DNA of 64,000 bases from Octopus sinensis (Eukaryota): NCBI RefSeq assembly GCF_006345805.1, contig NC_043001.1:52824001-52888000 (forward strand), given 5' to 3'. Positions 1-12,752 of the stretch are shown here, one piece after another (the stretch's first letter is position 1; each line of letters starts with the position of its first letter). The position numbers and the translations under genes were made by a program. The notes below the pieces were generated by a model, which saw only the letters and a list, made by a program, of their open reading frames with translations, was not told the origin of the DNA and did no database searches.

Positions 1-1149
1 CTACCTCTTGCAACATTGGGACTCTCCGTTCACAGATTAGTCTCGTAAGGCACCGTAGGAAATACGACGGTCCAGAGGAGACAACCCATCCTCAACGATG
101 TTTTTTTTTCTTCTCATAGACGTTTGACAAATGGACCATTGCGTACTTCCCCCTAGCTCCGGCTTCCGTGGATGCAAAACCATTGGTCATTCTATGACCA
201 GACTTGAAAAATTAGTGTTGCAATGTGTGTGTGTGTGTGTATACAATCATGTAGATTATATATTTTATTGAAAATTAATTGTACAAATATAACTGTCGGT
301 GGAAAACAAATAATACATACACATGAGTTTGAACCAACAGTAAAGTTCCATTAAGTTTTTTTTGTCCAATAGAATCCTTAACATTTTGAAGATTCCTTTA
401 GAAAAATCACATTGATGACCTGAAATTCTCATTTGCTTCTGTTTTTGTAAAGTACTGTTTAAAATCCAAGCTAGTGATGAAAGATATTAATACACATGCA
501 TTAATACACATACACTTCAAACATAAAGGAAACATATACAGACAATATACAGACATATATACACAAATATATATATACGGAGCAATACATATACGCAATT
601 ATACAAAAATAAATTAAATGTCACTTCAACTTTAACCACCAAAATTAACACTCAGATTTCTACCTCTGTGATTTACAAATAAGTAACTAATACACAGACA
701 CATACACACACACACACAAAGCCTACGTTATATGACTGACAGGCAATGGTAAATCGCTGGGGATATTGAGCGGGTCATCTTCAATAATGGGAAAGATGAA
801 ATCAATTTCAATGTACACACGGAAATTAAATGAAAGCGATTAATTCCACGCCCCCTCCTTCAGTCTATATGCAATTTCAAGTTACCTAGAGCCAAGACAA
901 AACTGTACGACCATACGAACTTGGTAGCCACCTAAGTGATTGGATGTCACCTGATAACTCGCTAATGCCAGTAACCAACAACAACATTTTTCAAAGCAAA
1001 TAACAATAATGTTACCATTCTTTACGACATCATTACAGCTCACCGCTCTCTAATATTTGTGGCTAAGTTTAGCAGTCAGTCAGCACTTTTGATGCTTGGG
1101 AATAGTCGCTCCGATAAAGTCAATTGTTTACATAATATCGCATATGCCA

Positions 1150-1370
1150 ACTCCGGAGGGTTGAATGGTAAAGTTGACCTGTTTGCGATTTGAACTCAGG
1201 ACGCTAAAAAATCTGCCAATAAATCACATTTATAATAGTTTATGATTTAGACTGAAAGTCAGCAGCTATAGTAAAAGAGTTAGTCGTCTATATTGACCCT
1301 AAAACTCGACTAGAAAATTATTTTATCACTATCGAATGTATAAAAGACAAATCGACTTCGGCAGGATATC
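1150..1370 (-). mobile_element. Highly degraded tRNA-SINE fragments (family B)
   Basis: Weak matches (aagttgacct...gatttgaactcagg; aaatcgacttcggcaggat) to the better copy at 35517-35731. Confidence 0.35.
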
Positions 1371-2530
1371 CTACATATCTAAATATGGAAATCTTAATAT
1401 ATCAAGTTTATGTGATCGATTATTTGGTCGCGTATCTAATCTAGAGCTTCCAGATTTACTAAATTCAGTAACATTGTTTTACGAACTGAAGACGGTCGAT
1501 ATGTGCATTCAATCTTTGATGCGTAAATGATTCTGTCAATACTGATCTAATATAATCATTGTATTGTCTCCCAAATTATGGCCTGTTTGTGTTAGAAATG
1601 GCTATTATTTACTACCAAAGATTAGCGGATAACAACCAGCTGGCAGTATTTAATTACCTTCACTTCAAGTTTGAGTTGAAATCTCATTGAATTAAACTTC
1701 TAGACTTCAATAACGTAGACTGCAATCTTAGTTAAGTCACAAAACAATTTTGGGTTTTCTTCGTAACATGTTCCCTTTGTGCTTGTAAGAAAAGAAACAA
1801 CTAAAAGAATCGCTATTTGCGCTGTTAACATAGAGATCTAAATCGAGGATTTTGCATATTTATTCTTAGTAAGTTCCGACTGATTTGAATACAAATATGC
1901 TAGTCACCCTTGTGTACATCACAGGGAAGCATCTCCATTTTACAATATGTCCATTACTGCCAAAGGTTCTGCACCTTCACTATTTCGAGATGTGTCAAGT
2001 CAGCTATTATTACTGGGACGTTTCACCCCAAATAAGTCAATGGCTTCATTATAATTTCACAACTTCACTGTTTGCTAATCAGTGCACATATCTGTCAACC
2101 GAAAGAAATCGTTACTTGCAGTGTACAGAAAGATCGTAAACATTGAATTGTATATCTATTTTAATTCTTAGCATTTACATTCGAGTTTACTTCTATGAAG
2201 TAAATTCTGTTTCTAAAGCTTGTTCATGTTCTCATTTTGCAAAAGTCTTGAGTTATCCAGGTCATATCTAATTTACTACCATGAGGATTTTCAGACTAGT
2301 CATTCGCATGCTCTGGTATCGAGAAGCAATAACGAGAGAAAATTCTGTAAATAATATTAATTATTATTTTTATTATTATAAGTGTAAATCTCATAAGCGT
2401 TCACCACGTATTGGCAGAAGAAATTAATCTAATATTGGGGCATATAAGTCTTCCATGGAAAAAAGTGGGTATTAGTACGCGTAGGGAACGAAACTACATC
2501 TCTTATAAATATATATTTGTTTATTATTTT

Positions 2531-2628
2531 AAAAGTCGACCCCGGCAGAATTTGAACTCAGAATGTAGAGACGAGCGAAATACCGCTAAGTATTTCGTCT
2601 AGCGTGATAACGATTCTGCCAACTCGCA
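2531..2628 (-). mobile_element. tRNA-derived SINE (family B), 5' part
   Basis: aaagtcgaccccggcagaatttgaactcagaatgtagagacgagcgaaataccgctaag...ttctgccaactcg aligns to the 35630-35731 copy; B-box (gagttcaaa on minus). Confidence 0.75.
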
Positions 2629-2868
2629 GAAAATAACTGTAAACTTATAGTTCTTGAATCTAACGGAAAGCTGTAGGTGGGTGTGTTTGTGTAATCGCAA
2701 AGCACATTTATCACAAATATGAAAATGTGGGTTCGATTCCTATTCATTTTGATACTCACATTTTTCCCGTCAAGGGGAGCGGTCTATGTGCCCCGATATT
2801 AGAATATTTCCTTCAGTAAATACACGGTGATTGCTTATAACCCTTAAGCTTATCATTTTTTATTTACA

Positions 2869-2924
<56 letters not shown>

Positions 2925-3044
2925 TATATATATGTATTTAAAAAAGGAGATGTGGAACACGAGTTGTGATATATAAAAAAGGAAATGAAGAAAATGCTGA
3001 CAAAATAATTTAAGTAATTTAAGTAATTTAATTAGGTGAAAGTT

Positions 3045-3082
3045 CTTTTTACCGGTTGCGCATTTGTTATGCTTATCAAAAG
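3045..3082 (-). ncRNA. Decayed minimal type-I hammerhead ribozyme motif
   Basis: Minus strand: ctt TTGATAA GCAT-aacaa-ATGC GCAA CCGGT A aaaag; U3-A8 core, 4-bp stem II, ACCGGT palindrome; GAAA mutated to GCAA. Confidence 0.55.
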
Positions 3083-3831
3083 TGTTTTCCTCTTATCTGA
3101 CTTTATGTTGGGTTTGCTGTCTCTTATATGTGAAAAAAGAGGCTCCGGGAGTTGTTTAAGAGTTGCTTGGTTTCGCGCCTAAAATTTCTTGTGGACAATG
3201 GTCAATACAATTTTGATTGGTCATTATGAAGGGGTCACGTGAATGTTTGAATGGAAGTTGGTGTTGGGGTAAGAAAAAAGGCTCCAGAGAAGTTAAAATT
3301 TGGCTAGTGTCGCGCCTAAAATTTCTTATTGGTCATAATATAGAGGTCACGTGGATGTGGTCATAATAGAGAGGTCACGTGAATGTTTAGAATTTTCGAA
3401 AATAGCGTTGTTGAGAATTCTTATTGTTCAGGCTGGTCAGTAGACGTCATGTGGATATTTTAAATAGCTTTTTAGCGCGTAGTTAAGGAGTGTATTTTCC
3501 GCTTGACTGAATTTGTGCTGGATAAGTAAGTTCGTGTGTGTGTGTGTTTATATGTATGTTGGGGCGCGCGCGTGTATATATGGGTGCGTGTGTGGGTACA
3601 ATTTTCAATATTTATAGTGCTGCTGGCCTTGTGCCTGTATCGGGAAGCAACGTGTTTGTGTGAAGTCAATATTTACAGTCATTTCCAAAAAATAGTGTTG
3701 GATGTTTTGCACTCGTATCCAATTATGTGTATGTGTGGAACCATATATTTGCGTGTGTCATGGTGTTAATATCTGGGTAAAAGTGTGTGTAGGGTGTGTG
3801 CAGGTGTAAGTGTGTTTGTTGTGGGTTCGTG

Positions 3832-4176
3832 TTAGGGGGATGTGTTTAGACGTGGTCTGTATTTATTAATAAGGTGGGATTCCATGGTTATTCGCTGGGT
3901 ATGAGTGGCATTGTCTTTAAATTTGTAGAGGGGAAAGATTCTAAAATTGGGATGAAGTTGTGCGGCACAGGTATCAATATGTGCACTAAGTGCTATTTTT
4001 CTGTATTCCCGTATTTTTATTTGGGATCTGTGGACAGTCATGCGTTGGCGGAGGCTATTTTTAGTTTGGCCTATGTAGTGTTCATTACAGCCCGAGCAAG
4101 CTAAGACACATACTAGGTTTTCTGATGCGCATGTGAAGTTGTGTTTTACTGTGAAACGTTGTCCTTGTTTAAACAC
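3832..4176 (-). CDS. PLE GIY-YIG (Uri) endonuclease domain, open but N-terminally truncated
   Basis: CASENLVCVLACSGCNEHYIGQTKNSLRQRMTVH...MESHLINKYRPRLN: GIY-like/CxxC/YIG, conserved R, H, E and the terminal P-x-LN; homologous to 46499-47040. Confidence 0.85.
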   Translation of the reverse strand: MFKQGQRFTVKHNFTCASENLVCVLACSGCNEHYIGQTKNSLRQRMTVHRSQIKIREYRKIALSAHIDTCAAQLHPNFRIFPLYKFKDNATHTQRITMESHLINKYRPRLNTSP

Positions 4177-4178
4177 AA

Positions 4179-4246
<68 letters not shown>

Positions 4247-4264
4247 ATTTCACACAGTTAGAAA

Positions 4265-5235
4265 TATAGAGAAAATACGTTAAAAATACTCTGGAATTCG
4301 TTTAGATTTTTGTTAAATTTTTTAAAACTTAGCGTGTTTCATAGAGTTCTTTTATTTTCAAAAGTTGGGATAGAACATTTGGGGCTATGCTACAACTGCC
4401 TTGGTGCTGAGTGGAATTAAAAATTTGTCTTGTTTTTATAGAGAGAATATGGTTCAAGTTAGTATCATTTTTCAATATGTTTTGATTGGTCGAGGATGAT
4501 CACATGATCAAGTTTAGAAATTTTGGTTCTTTAATGTCATGGGACAATACGTTTGTTGCTGTTAGTTAAAGCAGTCACATTTTAGTGAACGTGTCTACTG
4601 AAATCTCTAGTAATCAAGAATGTCTGAATATTACGTGACAAATGTAGTAGGAAGAAGATCTCATGATTAGCAGTAATCCTAGGATTTTTTGTATGTTTCC
4701 CAGTACGTCCGTGCGTATTTTTGTGCGCCGAAAATCAATTCTGGTACGGTTGAATGAACATGTCGAGTGACAGTCCCAAAATATGGTTCTCTAAATTTAA
4801 TCTGTCGAGAGGTAGAGTGGACAAAAAGTGTTTCTGTGTGGCCTAGTGTTTGAATAAATGTCTTCTTTCTAATCATTCAGCACTTATGTACATGTAGAAT
4901 CTGTTAATTAGCATTCATGTAATGGTACCAAACATACTAGCATATGACATTAAAGAAAGGACGTAGCCGAGAATTTACAAAATGTCTAAACCTGATCACA
5001 AGATCATCATCGACGAATCAAAACGTACCCAAAAAAGGATACTAAGTTGAGCCATACTCTCTCTACGGAAACAAGACAATTTTTGAATTGTAGTCAAATT
5101 CAAGGTAGTTGTAGTACAGCTCCACGTCTTTCTATCTCAACTAAGGAAAATCAGAAATCTGTGAAAGCGGCTAAATGATTGAAAATTAAAAAAAAATAAT
5201 AATAAAGGAATTCGAGTGCATTTTCAACTTCTTTA
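4265..5235. repeat. Diverged inverted repeat (about 4265-4530 vs 4940-5235) of PLE pLTR-like sequence
   Basis: Reverse complement of 4300-4530 (ctaaacttgatcatgtgatcatcctcgaccaatcaaaac...gaaccatattctctc...aacaagacaa) matches 4985-5200; shares ttttgattggtc...cac(a/g)tga motif with 3212-3250. Confidence 0.65.
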
Positions 5236-7826
5236 TATGTGTGTGTTTGTTTGTGTGTGTGTGTGTGTAGAATTGTAACATATATGTAGAATTGGAGCAA
5301 TGTCTTCTACAGGAATGTTGTGACTACTAGGACTACATACCACATATTAAGTAAACAGCTTCGATATATTTGTTTAATAGGAAATCACCAGCTACTACTT
5401 AAACTACTTTATACAGATGTACCGGCTTTTATTGATATTAGAGGATTCATGAAATTTGGACGCAATTTGGATGAAATCCGGTTACTATCGTGTTAGGAAT
5501 GAATCGACAATTCTATAAGTTTCCCATTTTAATTTTATAATGATATCCGCGGAATTCAGTTTTATTACCTCGTCAATAATGCGTATGAATACTGATAATT
5601 TGGCTTATGTCTAATTGTAATGTCTACTGCAATGCTAGTTATCTCTTCACACATACTAATATATTTTCATCTTTACGGTGACGATATACCTGGAAAAAAG
5701 CCGGCTTATCTTCCACTCTCCATTACATAATATATGATAACAATTTAAGATATTATTATTTTTATTAATCTCTGACTAGGAAAATTAATGTTCTGTTATC
5801 TTTCAGTGTCTATTTTCTTTTTTAATTTTGACATTCAATATTGACCGAATGGCGTATTAATATTTATTCTTTTTACTGCTTATATACTTTAAAGAAAAGT
5901 TACTTAATTTATACGGCTTTAGTTTTCCAGTTTTCCCTTATAAGCTTTGACTAAAAAAATTCCCAAATCGGCGTTCATTTTGTTTTACATATATTTATGT
6001 ACCACTCAGCTCTGTAGCAATTATGCATATTTTCAGCATTATAAATTCCAGTCCTATATACTTTCCCTCTATAACTGAATTTTAAATAATGCGCACTTAT
6101 TTTGCATTATGTTTTACATAATAGTTGATAAATTTTATGTAAGTGTAGTTTTCAAGAACAATCCATTGTACTTTAGCCATTTCATTTTAATTAAATCTTT
6201 ATTCTGTGTGTTCGTATAAATCGTGTCAAACGTTCTATCGTGCTGGATTTGACGAAGAGTTGAATCTATTTTTGTGTTGGATAGCGTTGTTGTGCTTTAA
6301 CGTAGTATACGCCTAATCGAACAGTGATACACCCAAAGAATTCCAGCTGTTAGACATAATATATCTCAGACAACATTACTGTATATACATAATTTTAAGA
6401 GTGTAAACTATGATTTTAGACGCATCACTGCAGTTCGTGTGGCCGGATAGAAGCTCCCACATTTCTCACGGTAGATGTATCTTATATTGAAGATGTACTA
6501 TATCGAGATTTGAATTTTAACGTATATTTCTGATTGAATAGCATAAACATAATTGCCATCGTGTTTTAGTTTCCATTGTGATATCCATTATGGATATGCG
6601 AATATGTGAATATGGCATACTATTTATTGTATGACTAAAGTATTTCTCTTCTGTTATTGCTCCAACATTCTTATTTAGGTATTGTTTTATATCGATTGAT
6701 GTCAACAATGATATGTATGACGAAAATAAATGTGAAAAAGATGCCAATTTTGACACTCTGGATACCAGTGCTTCGGAGTATGTCTGGGCTATTGACCATT
6801 AACACATAAGTCGAAAGATTGTTTTGGTTATATTATTTAATATCAATTGCAGCATCGCCACGTTTCATGCGTTTGAATCGTTGATCTTTGAGAAAACACT
6901 ACTTTATCATGACCTGTGATATTTCCAAATTTTCTGCAGTCAAGAGACAGAAAATTTCAAATATATTAACCATATTAGTTAACCATCAGTGTTCATGTAG
7001 CCCTCACTCTAAAGTATAATAAATACTAGCTAACAAATCAGTAAGTATATGTAGATAAATATATTTTTGGTAACGTTTTAGTGGATAAAGTAAATTAGAA
7101 TCATGTAATTAATAATCATCCTCTTTAAATCACCTGATAAAAAATTCTTCTGCATTTACATGTCGATTCGCTCGATTCTCATTTGTCATATTGTATACAT
7201 ATAGTTTGAATGACTTGCTGCTATTGAATGATAACACGTAATCACGTGATTAGTTTTTCATATCACCTGGTCTCATAATCCTGATCACAATCTTCATCCT
7301 CGTTGTTGTTGTCATCAATACCATTATCATCAAACTCCACGTCACCAGTATTGGTACGAGAAGCGAAATGACAGTTGAATTATTCTCATTAGGAATATTT
7401 GTTGTGTTGTGTTGACAACAATTGGAAAATTCTTGTTGATATAACATGACATTACGACGAAAGCAGAACATAAAAACACACGCTTTTAATCAAAAGAATG
7501 CATGCATCATTTGTGCTAGAATGAACAGATGGTACAAAGAGAACTCTATTAAAATCTTGAAGGTATTCATTCGAAGTCGTCGCATTTGTTTAGTTTCAAA
7601 TGTTCTATGTTTGTTTTATCCAATTAATAAATTTCGAAGCATGGTGTCATTTAGCTCATCCATTTGTTCATTTATTTAAATGAGATGCAAGTTAATGCAA
7701 AGTATGCTTCTTTACTAATTCGAAATACTGCTAGCTATTTGTTATTTCATCTGACTGTACATTTTGAAATTGCATTCAGTGAAAGACGCACGTACGCACA
7801 AACAGATTAATGAAATTGTGCGTGCG

Positions 7827-7893
<67 letters not shown>

Positions 7894-8439
7894 AATGTAT
7901 GTATACATGAGTGTTATTGCATAAAATACGAGAACAAGTACACGATATCCGCAGTAAATCGAAATAATTTACAAAATATACTTCAGTTTTACTCTTCGCT
8001 TTAGCAAGTAATATTCTGTTTAGCGTTTAAATAAAATGAATAAATATATATCATTAGAAAATAGTTTATCGATTTTATTATTTGTTGGTTTCATAGAAAT
8101 TACGAACCAAGGCTATTGTCTGGGTGTAATGGATTTTAGAATGTCCATTGACAGGAATATACTTAAAATGATTGCAATACACTCACACACGTACACATAC
8201 ATTTATATTATATGCCAATGATTTTAACAGTGGTTTATTAGTTACACACTTGAAAATGACATCTGTAAAGAAGTGTCAAGATCGACTGTATTCTCACGTA
8301 TTTGAACCAAGCGAGGCTTATATTTCACACTCTTATGTTAATCATTAGTGTCTCTACATCGGAAGTATGTGATGAAAAATACTGAAATTGCAAAGAAAGC
8401 TTAAGAGGTGAGGTCATAAGGGGAATAATTATTCTAAAT

Positions 8440-9850
8440 GAAACCAATTCATCTTCAAAATCCATAACGTTGAAACTCATAGACAGTGTTCGGGTTATAT
8501 TTGACAGTTTCCATAAAAAAACAATCTCCCATTCAAAAATATATTTTGAAAAATCAACAAACCCAGATTGTGGCGGGAGATAACAGCTCCATCATGGTCT
8601 CAGCTTCCAGCAATGGCTCAGCTTCCAGCAATGGCTCAGCTTCCAGCAAGGGGTCAGCTTTCTGCACAGACTCAGCTTCTACAACGGTCGCAGAGAGCTC
8701 CGAAACCCGGGGCATTCATTCGTCACTTTCTACATGGAAAGATCTTTACACACCTGGCTCAGGTCTTGTTGTTGCAGGCGGAGCGCTGGTGTTTTTCTCA
8801 ATCGTGCTCTACCATCGTAATCCATTGGATATCTTCACACAGAGCACCTTAACAGTGATCGTTACATCATATTTCTCAAGCACTAAGAAAACCGCAATAC
8901 GTTCCTGCTTCTCTGATATCATCGCTCTCATTTCGCATTTTTCGAGACATCATCACCAGCGTTCACTATTCCACCTTTGGACGCCAAATGAACCCTCCTT
9001 AGTAGGGGTCTAAAGTATATCTCCTTTCAAGAATGGTTAAGCGACTTCAATGAACATACTGTAACCGGGCGCGTTTTAAGACCATTTTCATGTAACAGAC
9101 GTTTTGAAGCTTCAACAGAAGACAATTTCACCAATTTCAAAAATATAACAGCATTTCTATAGCCAGCCTGGGACTACATTATTGGTTTCATTTATACGTG
9201 TCATAATAATATGAAATTCTTCGATACCACCAAACAGTACAGAAAAATCTTTTCCAGCACTTAGTTTCTTCACGCTTAGACTGTGCAAATTTCACTTTCT
9301 CTAAGATACCAAATCACTTTACACAGTCATTCCTCTACAGCGAACTATTATCAACCCATAAAGCTAAATTCACAGCTACATTCGATCCGTATTCAACATT
9401 CCTTCACTTAAATGTTCAGATAAACTCATTGTCAATCATTTTGTGGCGAAATTAATAAATACATGGGTTCTCTATGGATACACAGATCGGCACCCTGTAC
9501 TTCTACGATTTTGTGATATCCAACAAAGAGCTGTTACCCTCACTATACAAGTACCCCAAGACACCCATTGCGCACGCGCTCACGTAACTTAGTATATTTA
9601 TGCCATTTATTAAATTGTTTTACTTTGCCTTAAATTCATGACGACCACTTGACAACTCCATCAACTTCTTGAATATCAACAATAATTTTGGCAATATACA
9701 CTGTCAACTCCGTCTAATATAAGCCCGTGACTATTATGCGTATACCCGATGATCCTTCTCTTACTATGAGCGCATAAAATCCGCTATGACTTGTTCAAAA
9801 TTTCTGCATTTTCGTCACCTCCACAGACTCAATTCGCTGAACATTCCTTA
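8440..9850 (+). pseudogene. Decayed Penelope-like reverse transcriptase ORF
   Basis: Motifs in order across frameshifts: DTKSLYTVIP at 9305 (DVxSLYTxIP), MDTQIG (MGTxMG), DNSINFLNI, YKP, SKFLHFRHL (SQFLRLRRL). RT core about 9060-9850; 5' boundary uncertain. Confidence 0.7.
8594..8684 (+). repeat. 18-bp tandem repeat (atggctcagcttccagca), about 5 units
   Basis: Three near-identical plus two diverged units; reads SASSNG or MAQLPA in ORFs 8486-9013 and 8568-8852. Confidence 0.9.
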
Positions 9851-10447
9851 GGTGACACAAATCATCACCTTAAAGATAGTTCTTTGAGGAAGATGTTAAT
9901 ATTTTTCTATTACGTAATCCGAGTAATGTCGACATTCACTTCATGATAACGCTAATCCTCCGAGTAATCATGTCAATGTTTGGAATCTCTGTAAACTAAG
10001 GGCGTTTCATATTGTACAATGATTATTTCAATTCAATATTTTCTTTTAATTAGTAATTATTGTTTTATAATTTAGTTCAAATGTCACTCAAATTTTCCCT
10101 AGACATCAACATCAACAGCTTCTCTTCCTGTTAACTTTCCATTCATATAATACTTCTCTTTCTCTCTCTCTCTCTCACTATCACTCACTCACTCACTCAC
10201 TCTCTCTCTCTTTCTCTTTCTCTCTCTCTCTCTCTCTCTATCTCCCTAAGTTTCCTCATCCATTACTTCCTGTCAGCTCAAACTCTATCAAATAATTTGG
10301 GAAACAGTCACTTATCAGAAGATGATCCGATAGGGAATACATAAATTACTGTTCCGCACGTTTTTCATTTAGCCTCACATCCGAATAGAGACTTATTCGA
10401 AACGATGGAAATTCCCTATGACATAGTAAATACTCTATGTATGTATG

Positions 10448-10502
<55 letters not shown>

Positions 10503-10511
10503 TATATATAT

Positions 10512-10700
10512 AAACTAAAATGAGAAAATAGGAATGTAATTTATAAGTTATTATTTATTAATTAAAAAACTGACAAATATCCCTTGCAGCTGCTTCAATT
10601 CCAGAACTTCTGAAACTTAATAAAATTGAAAAAACCTTTGAAAGTTGAATCTCTTCAGAGATAGTTTAAGATATACAAAATAGGTGTTCAATTCCTGCAT
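10512..10700 (-). mobile_element. PLE pLTR-like 3' end with HHR-like motif at 10579-10662
   Basis: Minus strand: atct CTGAAGA GATT...AATT GAAG CAGCTG CA agg; abuts (TA)n at 10452-10511. Confidence 0.55.
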
Positions 10701-10989
10701 GTTGAGTAAACGGCTGAAAACTGTTAACAGATGACATTTATGCTTAAAGCTCATAGTATAAAACCTGGCATAGACCCCAGAAGGGGGATAAGTTAGTGTA
10801 TACTGGAGTTGTAAAGTAAGAATGTAACAATGTATTCATCTAGATTGTTAACTTAACAATTATATACTGGAAATGACCAAGAAACCATTGGTATACAGAT
10901 ATTACTTTTGAGCTGAGTGGGAACATTAAGCTCCTTTGTTTGAAAATATAAGTACGCAGATAGTGCGTCGATAGCCAGCTGGATATGAT

Positions 10990-11090
10990 GTTTCCTGGGC
11001 GAAATAACAGAAACCTTCGTCCTAACCAGGTCTAGGAATTGGAATCACGATCTAGCGATCTTGAGTACAATATACTATCCACTAAGCACT
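10990..11090 (-). mobile_element. Degraded tRNA-SINE 5' fragment
   Basis: ggaattggaatcacgatctagcgatcttgagtacaatatactatccactaagc is the reverse complement of an A/B-box-like tRNA head. Confidence 0.4.
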
Positions 11091-11316
11091 AAACCAGGGA
11101 AAGAGCGAGAGAGAGAGAGAGAGTGAAAGAGAGGGAGGCATTCGCTCTCTTTCATATATACACATGTTATTGATGTTTGTATTCATTGCAAACATACGAA
11201 GTCATCTCATGAAGCTCACGTCAAATATACATGTCATAAATCATTACTCCGTGGTATGTCTGTGTGTGTGGATCTCCTTGCAATTCAAGAATTCATGTTT
11301 TGAGAGTATAAATACA

Positions 11317-11352
<36 letters not shown>

Positions 11353-11410
11353 TATGTTTGTTTGTATTCCACCTGCCTTCGTCTTTTGTTTATTTTCATA
11401 AAGCTTCCCG

Positions 11411-11448
<38 letters not shown>

Positions 11449-11450
<2 letters not shown>

Positions 11451-12183
11451 GGTAAATGTACAGGTAAATATAATTACAGGGTAAATGTTTTTTTTTAATT
11501 TTCTCCTGTTACGGAATTAATCTATTTGCGGTAGGCGGTAGAAGCTTTGGCTGTTATTTCTAGGGGTGAATGGCCTATTATGGTCGTTCCTTAATTGTTA
11601 ATGTTGAACTTAAAAATGGTCTATGACTATTTAATTTTTTCCCACTGGGCCGCTGGTGGCAATAAAATTCTACAAAATTTTCCTTGCCACCCTATATTGA
11701 TTAATTATGAATTTTTTGGTTAATTCCGTATGGAATCGACGGCTGATATTTATTTGCTGCCGATAAATTTGGCGCGAGAGGCGGCGATTTGAAAATTTTA
11801 GGTCAGATATTGCCTTGGCAAGATTGGTATGCCTCGTGTAAATATCTGGTCGACTTGCGCTGAGCTCTTCTTGCTGAAGAATCCGAGGGCTTATGGAAGA
11901 TTGGCTTGATTTAATTTAATCAGGTTAGTTTACCATTAAACAGCGGATGAAACGGTATACGTACAAGAAATTACAGGGAAATGGTTTTTTAATTTTCTCC
12001 TGTTTACGGAATTAATCTTTATTTGCGGTAAGATTTGGCTGTTATTCTAGTGGGTGAATGGCCTATTATGGTCGTTCCTTAATTGTTAATGTTGAACTTA
12101 AAAATGGTCTTACTATTTAATTTTTTCCCACTGGCCGCTGGTGGCAATAAAATTATACAAAATTTTCCTTGCCACCCTATATG
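11449..12183. mobile_element. Element with about 225-bp direct repeats (11470-11697, 11967-12183) around a 270-bp spacer; probable tandem pLTR-spacer-pLTR PLE remnant
   Basis: Repeats are highly similar (ggcctattatggtcgttccttaattgttaatgttgaacttaaaaatgg... in both); (TA)n on both sides; the minus-strand spacer reads RHTNLAKAISDLKFSN, weakly like PLE endonuclease C-termini. Confidence 0.6.
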
Positions 12184-12220
<37 letters not shown>

Positions 12221-12232
12221 GTATGTATCTAT

Positions 12233-12635
12233 GTACCAGCGTTGCTGTGTGTTAAGAAGCTCGCTTCCCAACTACATGGTTCTGGGTTCAAGCCCACTGC
12301 GTGGCTCTATGGTCAAGTGTCTTCTACTATAGCCGCGGAACGATCAAATCTTTGTGAGTGGATCTGTTAGACGGAAACTGAAAAGAAGCTCGTCGTGTAT
12401 AAATATGTATATATATTTATGTGTGTTTGCCTTTGTGTCTCTGTCTGTCCCCTCACCATGGCTTGGTGACCTATGTTGGTGTGTTTACCTCACCGAAACA
12501 TAACGGTTCGGCAAAGTGAACGATAGAATAAGTACTAGGCTTACAAAGAATATGTCCTGGATTTGGTTTCTTCGACTGAAGGCAGAGCTCCTGCATGGCC
12601 GCAGTCAAATGATTGAAACGTGTAAATGAGTAAAT
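12233..12635 (+). mobile_element. tRNA-derived SINE (family A), near full length
   Basis: A-box/B-box head (gtgtgttaagaagc...ggttcaagcccac), caagtgtcttctactatagcc core, internal microsatellite; aligns throughout with 14403-14820. Confidence 0.85.
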
Positions 12636-12706
12636 GTATAAATCTAAATGTATGTATGTATGTACGTATGTATATATATATATATATATATATGTCTCTC
12701 TCTCTC

Positions 12707-12752
<46 letters not shown>

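Larger units (their letters stand above)
3040..4176 (-). mobile_element. 5'-truncated Penelope-like element (Neptune-type): GIY-YIG endonuclease plus 3' UTR/pLTR
   Basis: Endonuclease ORF, then a repetitive 3' region ending in an HHR-like motif at 3045-3082; the 5' edge abuts (TA)n at 4182-4242. Confidence 0.8.

Noticed and set aside
1900-2052. HHREASPFYNMSITAKGSAPSL resembling a cadherin repeat
   Set aside because: LDRE and DxG residues are absent, there is no DxNDNxP, and the frame is short; likely coincidence.
7250-7471. Minus-strand ORF with an apparent transmembrane segment
   Set aside because: It derives from a degenerate GAT/AAC triplet tract that reads acidic in another frame; no supporting gene structure.
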